From assembly GCA_013265495.1 (NCBI GenBank), contig MU058463.1:1139523-1203522 (forward strand): a stretch of DNA of 64,000 nucleotides, read 5' to 3'. Below the pieces are notes generated by a model, which worked only from the letters and a program-made list of their open reading frames with translations, was not told where the DNA came from and did not search any database. Source of the DNA: Vicugna vicugna (lineage: Eukaryota). Shown piece by piece: positions 12,290 to 22,850 of this stretch; the first letter of the stretch is position 1; every line of letters begins with the position of its first letter. The position numbers were made by a program, and so were the translations under genes.

Positions 12290-13289
12290 TGTATTCATTT
12301 TCTAGGATTGCCATAACAAATCATCACAAACTGGGTACCTTAATTGGCAGAAATGCATTCTTTCACAGTCTTGGCAGCCAGAAGTCCCCTAATCAAGATG
12401 TCAGCAGGGCCATCTTCCCTCTGATGGCTCTAGGGAAGTATTCTTTTTGTATTTCCCAGCTTCCGGTGGCCCCTGGCATTCCTTAGCTTGTGGCAGTGAG
12501 AACTATACTCTCTGCCTATCTTCACATGGTCTTCGACCAAAACCGTCTTAAGGTTTCCCTCAGCCTGATTTAAATTTTAGTCAGGCTTCTCCCTGCCATT
12601 AGGTCCTGACGGCCCTCTCACCCTGGCCCTTACAGAATCCAGATGGCCGAACTACATAAGTCTCTACTCTTCCTTTTCTTAGAGCATTTAATTTGGAAAA
12701 CTTGTCATTGCAAATTGTTTCTCTGCCCCTTTGAGATGTGCATCTTTTCCACACCTTCCTGGTGGACTTACAACCTAGAACTATCCTTTTGAACAACCTG
12801 GGAGCCATCTCTTTGAAATGTTATCATCAAGGAAGACAGAGCCTCCAACTCTCAGTCTTTGTGAAAGGGTAGGAACTTAACTTAGGTGGGAACAGAAATG
12901 AGAAGGTTTACTTTTCCTGTGAGTAAGGCCAGTTAGTCAGCACCATCTGGATGGCCACCCCACCACACCCACCATATCTCTCTCAATTCTCTGGCCATTT
13001 GTTTCACTAGAGTTGAGCTCTCTCAAACTACCACAATGCCCTTTAGTGAAATTGACTTGGACCAATGCAATATGTGCTTTGACACCTCTGCCCACTGTAT
13101 GTCTCTGTGTTCTCTTCTCTTCTTCTAAGGACGTGAGTCATTGGATGTAAGGCCCACCCTAAATCTAGCAGGATTCTTCTGGAGATCCTTAACTGAGTAC
13201 ATCTTCAAAAACACTGTTTCCAAATAAGTCACATTCTGAGGCTCTGGAAGAACACTGATTTCAGTGTTCAGCACTGTTCAATCACTACA
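12290..13289 (-). mobile_element. MaLR LTR (MLT1C/D-like) split by an ERV1 LTR
   Basis: Halves at 12290-12533 (tgtattcatt..ctaggattgccataacaaat...) and 13085-13289 (aaggcccaccctaaatc...ttcaatcactaca); 5-bp TSD tgtag/tgaag. Confidence 0.85.
12534..13084 (+). mobile_element. ERV1-class solo LTR (MER31/MER67-like)
   Basis: ttagagcattta.tt.g.aaaacttg...tctctgcccctttgagatgt...cctgggagccatctctttgaaatgt.atcatcaaggaaga; ends ...ctttgaca. Confidence 0.75.
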
Positions 13290-13294
13290 TGAAG

Positions 13295-13425
13295 GCTATT
13301 TCCTATATACCTTCAAAAAACTTCCCCTCTTGACTCAATGTCTGAACTGGTCACATGCCCATTCTCAACCCAACCCAGTTGGCCAGGACAGTGTCACTGA
13401 GTGCTGGATTGGATTAAAGCTTGGT
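13295..13425 (-). mobile_element. Older MaLR fragment (MLT1K/L-like); probable left part ~12200-12285
   Basis: cttcccctcttgactcaatgtctgaactggtcacatgcccattctcaaccc...tggccagga...gattgg. Confidence 0.55.
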
Positions 13426-13470
13426 TAAGGAAGTCAATAGCCATACCAAATTGTCTTTGTTCATTTAAAA

Positions 13471-13680
13471 GAGGAATTGGCTGCTGCTTTTTCTTTTCCC
13501 CCTAAAGAGCTATGTGGTATTTATGGCACTAAAGACTATTCGACAACTATGCCATGGTAGCAGTAAATCAACTATAGACAATTACTAAATACTGGATGTA
13601 ACTGTAGTCAAATAAAACTTTATTTATATAAATAGACACTGGGTGGGTTTGGCCAGAGGGCAATAGTTTGTCAATCTTGG
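13471..13680. mobile_element. MER58A-like hAT-Charlie MITE
   Basis: ctatagacaat...aataaaactttattta...tttggccagagggcaatagtttgtcaatcttg. Confidence 0.75.
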
Positions 13681-14045
13681 GTAAAATAATCCTCATCTCT
13701 CTGTGAGCTGGGAAAACAGAGACAATCCCTGTTGTTCAAAAATACGAAAAAGACAGAAGCCAGTACTCATCCCTGATGCACTTCATTTTTAGGGTTTTAC
13801 CCTCAAAGAAGCCATTTAGCCATCTCTGACTTACACAGATAACGTTATCTAAATAAAAGTCACTATACTGGTTTTAAGCAGCAATTCTCTTCACTTACGA
13901 CATCACAGAATAGCAGAGTTTTATCTTAAAACTCCAGAGAATATAAAAGGCATTTTTATTCATTCTGTGACCATGACTTTATCCTTCCCATTTCTGATAA
14001 AAACACAGCAAAACAATACATTTGCTTCCAAGTACTAATGCTTTT

Positions 14046-14084
14046 GTCTGTGTGTGCGTGCCCTCTGTGTGTGTGTGTGTGTGT
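14046..14084. repeat. Interrupted (TG)n microsatellite
   Basis: tgtgtgtgcgtgccctctgtgtgtgtgtgtgtgtgt. Confidence 0.85.
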
Positions 14085-15334
14085 TGCTCCCTCATTGTTA
14101 CAACTGTTAACAATGTTCTCCTTTTATAAAGAGGTTTAATATAGTGGCTGAAAAGTGCAGGTTCAGAAAGCAGACTCACATAAATTTCAAACTTGGGTCA
14201 GTTATACAGAAAAAAATAGTCTCAGGGTAAACACCAAAATGAATTTGTATTTGTATGCAAAGTTCCACTCACTTGAAAAAAAAAATTTAGCAGGAACACA
14301 TACTGAGAAAAAAAAAGTTAGTATTGTTACTAACCATATAATTTGACCAAAGAATAATTATTGATTGCATAATTTCCACCAATATTAAAATTACTCATAG
14401 AACTTAACCCCAGCATATTAAAATAAATTTCTCAAATTTGAAAATGTCTTTATGATTAAATATGAAGTTAATTTTATGTAAAATAAGGTAAACAAATCAT
14501 TTATCACAGAAGTAATCATTTTATCCATGCAGAACCCCAAATCGCTCTGATCTGCTCATTTTATCCAAGGGGTTGTTTTTAAGATGTAAGTGTAAGTGAA
14601 ATACAAGCAATATTTGAAAAGAATTTTGGAAGTTCACTGAATATGAATTGCAAGTCCTTTAGTAAAAGTTCAAAAAACAATCTGTCTTACTTCAAGCCTC
14701 ACAGTAATGTCTGACCATTCCACCAATACATTGGCCCTGGGAAATACTTTCAAATTCAAAATAATACATTTTAGCCACTAATTCTCATATCAAAACCATA
14801 TTAAATAAGTCAACTCTCCCCAATTTTAACCATGTTGCAGGAGTATAGAATGTTAAATCACTTTACTATTGAAGACCAGTATCAATTCAGTAGTAGAATA
14901 ATGAGTAGAAGCCAATGAACTCTATTTTGTCTACCGCTTAAGTATTTTACTAACATAATGTAATGTGCATTTAGGAAATATACTAAGTGTTTAATATTTT
15001 ATGCTAGCTTAACAATAATTTATGGGATGATAATTGTCTGCCTTATACTTTGAAATACTATAATCAAGAGCCTTACTTACATAGGGAAAGTAAACTAGAA
15101 AATTAAAAGAAATATCCCTTCTTTAAGCAATCCCTTATCTCCTCTTAAAGAGAGATTTGAGAGGAGAAAGGAAATTTTGATACTAGCTTGCATTCATCTC
15201 ATCAGATAGTTTGTTTTCACTTACGGAAATATAGAGAAATTCCTTTTTATACTGATTTGCTATTTCACAATCTTCACAGTGATTACACTTGAGAAAGGAT
15301 GCAAGATTATGATGGATGTTAAGTGAACTCCTAT

Positions 15335-15445
15335 TATGTATCCAGTGCTTTACCTACACCATCATAGTCAATGCTCATCACAACCCCTTGAGATGAGAAC
15401 TAATCAGTTCATTTCCAGTGATGAAACAGAGGTTCATAAGGATTA
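15335..15445 (-). mobile_element. MIR fragment
   Basis: catcacaaccccttgagatgag...tttccagtgatgaaacagaggttca (antisense MIR core). Confidence 0.6.
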
Positions 15446-17448
15446 CCATATTTCAATGAATCTAAAACTAATCCCATTCACTGTAACTATACATATCATT
15501 GTATTGCCACAAAAACCAGAAAATGCTGCCAAATATAATTATAAGATTTGCCAGTAGACTGGTACTGATCCAAAAATGTTATCATGGTAGGATGGGCAGA
15601 TCAGCAGACTGCCTTCTAGGATGATGCCACACGCTAAGGCATGTAAGCTGGCTAGATGAAGCCTAAACCTCATGGCCTCAGCCATCTCCCATGAAACAGA
15701 ATGCATGTGGCATTTGCCTTTAAGAGAACTCATCTTTTCCTTGATGGCACCACCTAGTCTATGTAACCTTCCTATGGAGGAAATCAAAGTGCATGGGAGT
15801 GTATTAATCAGAAAAATGGACAGTACCTGCTTCATCCTGTCAATCACTTGATAAGGGAAAACAAATAGCAAACATTAAATCACAGGCTGCTCAAAGGCTT
15901 TGTACTTGGAATAAATACATTTCAGCTTTCATGAAAGTCCATTATGCACTGTTTGGCTTTGATTAGCAGGGGGCATTTCATAAAGCATGAAAGAAAGCTA
16001 CGGCAAGTGGAAGGAAGAAGAAACGTGTGAGCATTCTCTCACTGTTTAGTTAAACACCTGATTCACCCCAGTCAAAGAAAACAGCAAAGGCTCTGACAAT
16101 TATGAATGTCCTTGGCAAAAGGATGAATTTTTCTGTCTGTAAAGGAGATGTCGCTTGAAAAGGCAGTGTCTGCAGCAAACAGAACACCAGCAGAGCATGA
16201 CTATAAAAAACAATCCACATTTGCTCTTACATAGGAGAGAGCCACAACCGCAGCTTGATTGTAATCCTTGAATTGTAAACCTGGGAAATCTGAAATCACC
16301 ACCTGTTTTCTTCGGATGCTTGTGTGACACACTCCAGTTGCTTTCCATAGAATTTAGGACGTTCATTTACTCCAGTGGACACACTTGGAGCTTTATTAAA
16401 TTTAGTTCATTTCCATTAAGCAACTGACTCACTAGTTAGATTTATTGGAGCTATGTGGGTCACAATGTTTTTATATTCACATTTGTAATTATAAGTATAT
16501 ACTACATATATTGCTTCCAGTCCATGACATGTTTTCATACAAATGCTATTCTTGTTTGGCTTCATTAAAAGGGGTAAGACATTATACATAAGAAGTTAGT
16601 ATGAAGTCAGTTTCAAGAATATTAGAGAACGCAAAACAAGTGAAATGAGACTCCAACAACCACCACAAACTCTAATTCACTTCTTGTAAGCTCCTCTAAG
16701 TTCAATTCCAAATCTGTTACCATTTTTTTATGTTCAATTATTCTAAGCTATTATATTGCAAAAATTAAAAGAATGTTGAAAGACAAAACCACATAATGTA
16801 AGATTTACGGTCATCTATAATACTAATTATAAAGTCTTAATTTTAGCATTAACCTCTACTTAAATATCTTACTTAACTTAGAAAGGTAAACTGTACTATG
16901 AGCTGCACTGAAGTGCCAGTAAAGATAAACAAATCCACCAGGCCATGCACATTATTATCTGAGCAAAACAAGTTAGCCAAAAAAACAAATAAAAACTAAC
17001 AACTTCCACTATACAGGTAAAATCTGTCAGAGCCCATGTGCTTTCTAAGGGTCTAGAATAACATTATGCAGCATTTATAGTAATATAAAACAGTCTGTTT
17101 CTAAATTTAAGAACACTGTTTTAAGGATAATAACTTAAATTACCAAATTAAATGTTTAAAAACAAATTTCAATGAGATTCCAGGATTGCATATTTGTAAA
17201 ACAGAAACAAAAGGCAACAATAAGCCAAAAGCAAAAAGCAATTAACCAATATAAAATTATGTCTCAGTTTTATCCTGAGTTTGATGCAATCAAGTATATC
17301 TAACCATTTTAATCTACTGGTGAATAAAGATTGATTGTGGCTAAGCAAGGTCTTTGTCAGCTCACTCTATTGGGGAATTTTAAGAATAGTGTAATTTTTG
17401 CTCAAAAGACCTAAAAAAAAGTTAACCTTTAGTTTTTGCTAAGTGATA

Positions 17449-17462
17449 GTGCCATCTACTGG
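17449..17462 (-). promoter_or_regulatory. Candidate CTCF binding motif
   Basis: Reverse complement CCAGTAGATGGCAC is an exact match to the CTCF core CCASYAGRKGGCRS; lies in non-repeat DNA. Confidence 0.55.
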
Positions 17463-17879
17463 TGTAATTTGTCACCACAGTGTAATGACTGAAAGCTGGA
17501 GGTGCTGGGTTCTATATTCACACCACATAGGTGTGACTTTATGAAGGTATTCCTGAACGTAGACTCTGTCATTTAAACTGAGTAACAAACAAGAATCAAC
17601 ACTGTTACAAATTAACTGAAATATCAGATGTTGAAGCATTTTTATTCATTATAAAGTATATAGAGAATAAAGGAGAGATGCTCTAACTAGGAATATCACA
17701 TTAGCGCTTTTACTTATTAACTTAAATCATGCTGTATATCAATGGTCCAAATGTTTAATTAATCAGCTCTTTGCACATCTGGGGCACTGAATGCTCTTTG
17801 TGCTCAAAAATGTTGTCAGAGTCAACAAAAATCAGGACATTTAAAACAGACAATAGGAAAAATAGAAAACAGTTCCTGG

Positions 17880-19222
17880 TAGAGAAGCAAGATGGCGGAG
17901 TAGAAGGACACTTGTAGCTCACCCTCTCCCACAAATACACCAAAAATCACATCTACGGACCTACTCAGCCAACCAGAGCACCTGCAAAACTCCGACAGAA
18001 CATCGCCCTCTTCGAAAGACAAATAGGCCAAAAATCTGGTAGGAGAAAAGGAAAAAAGAAAGAAGAAAAAGCAAAACAGTGCGGGACCGATCCTGTAGGG
18101 AGGGAGTGGCAAAGGAGGACTGGCACTCGTTTGCTGGGTCTCGTCTCTCCAACAAAGAGGCCAGTGGGACGGAGGGGGCGCCTCCGAGGCTCAGATCTGC
18201 CCCGAGCACCCCTTGACCGACAGAACTGAGTTAAACAGGCACAAAGGGTCCCCACGACATCCAGCCCAAGACACAAGCCGGCAGCTGGGGCCGGGACAGG
18301 CTGCCCGAGCCAGGCAGAGGACTAGGGTGGCTGCACTGAGGCAGCCCCGGGGGACTGCAGGGTGCTGTGCACCGTCGCTGGGAGGGGATATGAAGCAGAA
18401 CCACCTCGGTCCCCTATAAATTCCAAAAAAAGCAAAGCAACATGGCTGGTGTGCCCTGGGGGGAGGGTTGCCATCCCCTTTGTGCTCTCAGACCTGTGGG
18501 CCATTACTGGCACATCTCTAGAGAAGAGAGGTGGGTCTCAGCCACAGCCCCATCTCCTCCTGCGTGCAGCATCAGGGTGTGGGTGGGGCTGAGCCCTGAA
18601 CATCCATCCAGGGGCTCCACAACCTCCTAGTCAGGACTGAGACTTGTTTACAGCCCAAGGCAGATAGGATCTTTCTGCCCTGGCACCTCAGAGAACTTGC
18701 ACTGCCTAGACAAACAAGGAGCTGAGATTTAGCACAGAGCAGGGGCGAGGCCGTTCCACCGTCTTTCCCGAGCCCACCTTTGGAACTTCGACCTGAGGCG
18801 GAACGGGCAGCTGCACAGAGCAGCGGAGCGACTGGCACTGGGAGATGGCAGGTGGCCACCCCCCTTCCTAGCAGGGATGCAGCACCTGACCACGGTGCTG
18901 GGAGGGGGAGCGATCCGCCCACCTGCCTCCCCCCCCAACCCCAGCACAGCATCTGACTGCAGCACCAGGTGGGGGAGTGACCCGCCTGCCCACCAGGTAA
19001 GAGCTCAGCTCCTGACCCAGTGTTGGGAGGGGGCGCAATCTGCTAGCCGACAGCCACTGGGAGCAGCACAGATGAGGGCTCCAAGAGGGCCTCTGGAAGC
19101 AGCAAGCTGAGTATGCGAAACAGAGGGAAGACACAAAGACCTCTCGATAAAATCATTAAGAGCACACTATCTCCAGGAGAACTAGATAACTGATAATCCT
19201 TAAGCCACAGTGCCAGAGAGAT
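17880..19222 (+). promoter_or_regulatory. L1 5'UTR internal promoter, GC/CpG-rich, with YY1-type motif
   Basis: AAGATGGCG at ~17889-17897 near the element start; the only GC-rich, CpG-retaining region in the window. Confidence 0.8.
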
Positions 19223-20123
19223 ATGAGCAATATGAAGAAGCAGAGGAACCACTCCCAATTAAAAGATCAAGAGAAATCTCCTGAAAGCACCATCAAGGAA
19301 ATAGACACTGATGGCCTACTAGATCAAGATTTCAAAAAAGGACTGATCAAAATACTGGAGGAACTAAAAGAAATAGTGTTTAGAGATATAAAATATGTCA
19401 AAAATGAAATAGAAGCTATAAAGAAGAACCAAGTAGAATTAGTAAAAAATTAGTAAATTGCTGAGATGAGAGCTGACCTAAAGGCTGTACAAAGCAGGCT
19501 AGATAATGCAGAGGAACGAATAAGTGACCTAGAAGACAAGACAACAGAAACCACCCAAATCAGAACAGCTGAGAGAAAAACAAATAAAAAACAATGAAAA
19601 CAATATTAAGGGACCTATGGGATAATATAAAGCATGCCAATCTACTCATAATAGGGGTTCCAGAAGGGGAAGAAAGAACAAAGGGGATTGAAAAGGTCTT
19701 TGAAGAAATGACGACTGAAAACTTCCCAAACTTAAAGGAATCAGATATCCAAGTACAGGAGGCTCAGAGGGTCCCAAACAGGAAGAATCCAAACAGACCC
19801 ACACCAAGACACATCATAATCAAGATGCCAGAGTCAAGGATAAAGAAATGATCCTAAAGGCAGCAAGAGAAAAACAATGAGTTACAAGGGAACCCCCATA
19901 GGCTCTCAGCTGATTTCTCTACACAAACACTACAGGCCAGAAGAGAGAGGCAAGATATATTCAAAGTCCTGAATGAAAAAAAGATGCAGCCTAGGATACT
20001 CTATCCAGCAAGGCTATCCTTTAGAATAGAAGGAGAGATAAAGAACTTCACAGACAAGCAAAAACTAAAAGAGTTTAGCAACACTAAACCATGCTAAGAG
20101 AAATATTGACAGGTCTACTCTAA
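19223..20123 (+). pseudogene. L1 ORF1p (coiled-coil/RRM/CTD), disrupted by frameshifts
   Basis: MSNMKKQRNHSQLKDQEKSPE...; LRDLWDNIKHANLLIIGVPEGEE...ENFPNL...QEAQRVP...RPTPRHIIIKM; ends ggtctactcTAA; split into several short ORFs. Confidence 0.9.
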
Positions 20124-22149
20124 ATAGAAAAGAAGCAGGATGCTACAAAAATGAGAAACTCATAACTGGAAAGGAGATAACTGCCATGAATTACAAAAAG
20201 AATAAACACAAAATTGTAAAAGAAGATATCTAAATCAATAAGAATGGGAGAGGGAAGCAAGGAAAGCCACTGTGGAAAACAGTATGGAGATTCCTCAAAA
20301 GACTAGGAATAGACTTATCATATGACCCAGGAATCCTGCTCCTGGGCGTATATCCAGAAGGAACCCTACTTCAAAATGACACCTGCTCCCCAATGTTCAT
20401 AGCAGCACTATTTACAATAGCCAAGACATGGAAGCAGCCTAGATGTCCAACAGCAGATGACTGAATAAAGAAGAGGTGGTATATTTATATGATGGAACAC
20501 TATTCAGCCACAAAAACCGACAATATAACACCATTTGCAGCAACATGGATGTTCCTGGAGAACGTCATTCTAAGTGAAGTAAGCCAAAAAGAGAAAGAAA
20601 AATACCATATGAGATCGCTTATATGAGGAATCCAAAAAAAAACCACATAAATACAAAACAGAAACAGATTCATAGAGATAGAATACAAACTTGTGGTTGC
20701 CAAGGGGGCAGGGGGTGGGAAGGGACATATTACTCAAAAAAATGTAAAAAAAAAAAAAAGACAGTTCCTGGCTTGATGCTTGTGGACTGAACAAATATAT
20801 AGACAAGAAGCAGTTAACAAAATGGGTTACAGTGATTCAAATACATACTTAAAGTATGTATAAAGGTATGTCTGTGAAGTAGGAGGGAATTTGAAGGAGA
20901 GGTCAGATTTGAAAAGGAAGAAGCAAAAAAAAAAAAAGTGGGGGAACAACAGCTTGAAAATGGGAAGGAAGAAGAGAAAAGTAATGACAAGGATAAAATT
21001 TTCTCTTTTGCCTTTTGCACAGCAAGCACAAATGTCTCCTTAATTAAAAGTTTTAACACTGTTGAAAGCTAATGTCCATAACGAACATAGCAAACTGTGC
21101 TTATTCTTGACATAATAAAATGTCTGGTTGGTCAGTGCCAGGATCAAAGGGCAGCTCCAATCAACCCTGACCTGCTAAACTACCCCAAATACAACACATT
21201 CTATTAGAAAAAAAGAGGAGAGATTGTTGGTTATGCAATCACAGAATTTTGGCAAGGTTATGAAACTCTGTCACCTTATACTTATTAATTTTGATGCTTT
21301 GGTATGTAAATTATATCAGAGTATCTGTTAAAGAAGAGAATCAAGTATATTATTATTCCGTCAAATCTATACAAATCTCTCAAGGTTGTAAAACATTTTT
21401 GAGCTGGATGCCAGTGTTCCTGGGAACTTTCCAGGATGCCCCTAAGAGGAGTGAGGAGCAGGCAGCAATGTAATCATTAATTGACCTACCCCTCCCCATA
21501 TGCAGTTAGAGTGGAGCTACTTAGATCTGATATGTGAGTGCACAAGAGTGTTCATGTATATGCATATACATGCATGCACACATATGTTTATACATACACA
21601 TTTTCTTTGAGCAGATGCTCTCACTGTTAAAAATAAGTTTGAAAACGTATCATTTTAAAGATTGAGAATATGACAAAACCAGGACTTGAATAGAAAGAAA
21701 AAAAAACTTGGGAAAAAACAGTTTGAGTAGAAGTAAAGAAAGTGGAGGAAGAATGCAAGGTTTTCTGTTTGGGTTTTTGCACAGCAATACATTCAACCTT
21801 TGATGATTCAATTTATGATAACTTAGGTATAGACTTTGTCCAAGATCTTTCCTTGACCAACTCAGGATGCACTGGTCTGTCTTTGTACTGGTGACCTCTA
21901 TCAATCACTGTTCTCCTACTCGTATAGTGTAGTCCTGCATACTAACGTCTAACATCATTACAAATTGTGTGTGTCTCAAAGTGTTGTGTTTCTTAAAAAA
22001 AAATAGTAACTTTGCTTGGAAAGGATTCAAGTCTTACTTCATCTGAGTTACTTATAACACCAAATATAATGTGATGCTAATAGTTTGTGGCAAATATAAA
22101 TAATATCCACAATTTCTCTTTCAAACACACATACTTGTTAATTTACTAA

Positions 22150-22850
22150 TCCCGTAGAAATGTGGACAGATACATTAACAGGCATTATTTAAAACAGGAA
22201 ATGTAACAGGATACAAGATCTGTGACAGGATGGTTGCTCATCTCATAAGAAATCAAGAGTATTTCAAATTATAAAACATCACTCTGCAATTGTTAGCATC
22301 AGAAAAATTAGACAAGTTATAACAGGGATATGAGCCTAACAGGACTCATGTGCTCAGCTGGCAGGAACAAACAGTGGTGAGACCAATTTGCAGAATCATC
22401 TGGTAATACCTAACAAAATTAAATATCATGTGTGCATACTCTATGTCCATACGGTTCTTTTCTGAGTGTATATCCTAAAGCAATGATCAGCATGCCCTTT
22501 TGGGGCACACATATAAGTACAGTCAGTGTATACTCGTTTTGTTGGTAGGGAGTTGAAGCAACTTAAGCCTCTGTTCCCGAGGGAATGAGAATGTAGAATG
22601 TGGTGGATGGTTATGAACAACATGCAGGAGGTGCACATACAAATGCTGATGGCTCTAAAATATGTAAATGAGAGCATAATCTATAAAATAACAACATGTA
22701 TATGGATTTAAAATATACATGCAAAACAGTAAAACGTTTTCTATATGAACATATACAAATAAAAGGATTTGCACAAAACAATGAAAATGAGAACAAAAGA
22801 AAATAATCAAACATACAAATAAAATAATAAGAGGCTTGTATTGATGGCAA
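22150..22850 (+). mobile_element. Ancient L1 (L1ME-like) ORF2 end and 3'UTR
   Basis: ggactcatgtgctcagctggcaggaa...ctggtaatacctaacaaaattaaata...ctgagtgtatatcctaaag. Confidence 0.6.

Larger units (their letters stand above)
17880..20760 (+). mobile_element. Internally deleted young L1: 5'UTR + ORF1 + short ORF2 tail + partial 3'UTR + poly(A) (half-L1-like)
   Basis: Exact TSD acagttcctgg at 17869-17879 and 20761-20771; starts agagaagcaagatggcggag; GC-rich 5'UTR; ORF1; jumps at ~20266 to the ORF2 end; poly(A) at ~20746-20759. Confidence 0.95.

Noticed and set aside
17755..19258. Cluster of overlapping ORFs on both strands (possible ORF0-like antisense product)
   Set aside because: Expected from stop-codon scarcity in a GC-rich L1 5'UTR; no recognisable protein similarity.
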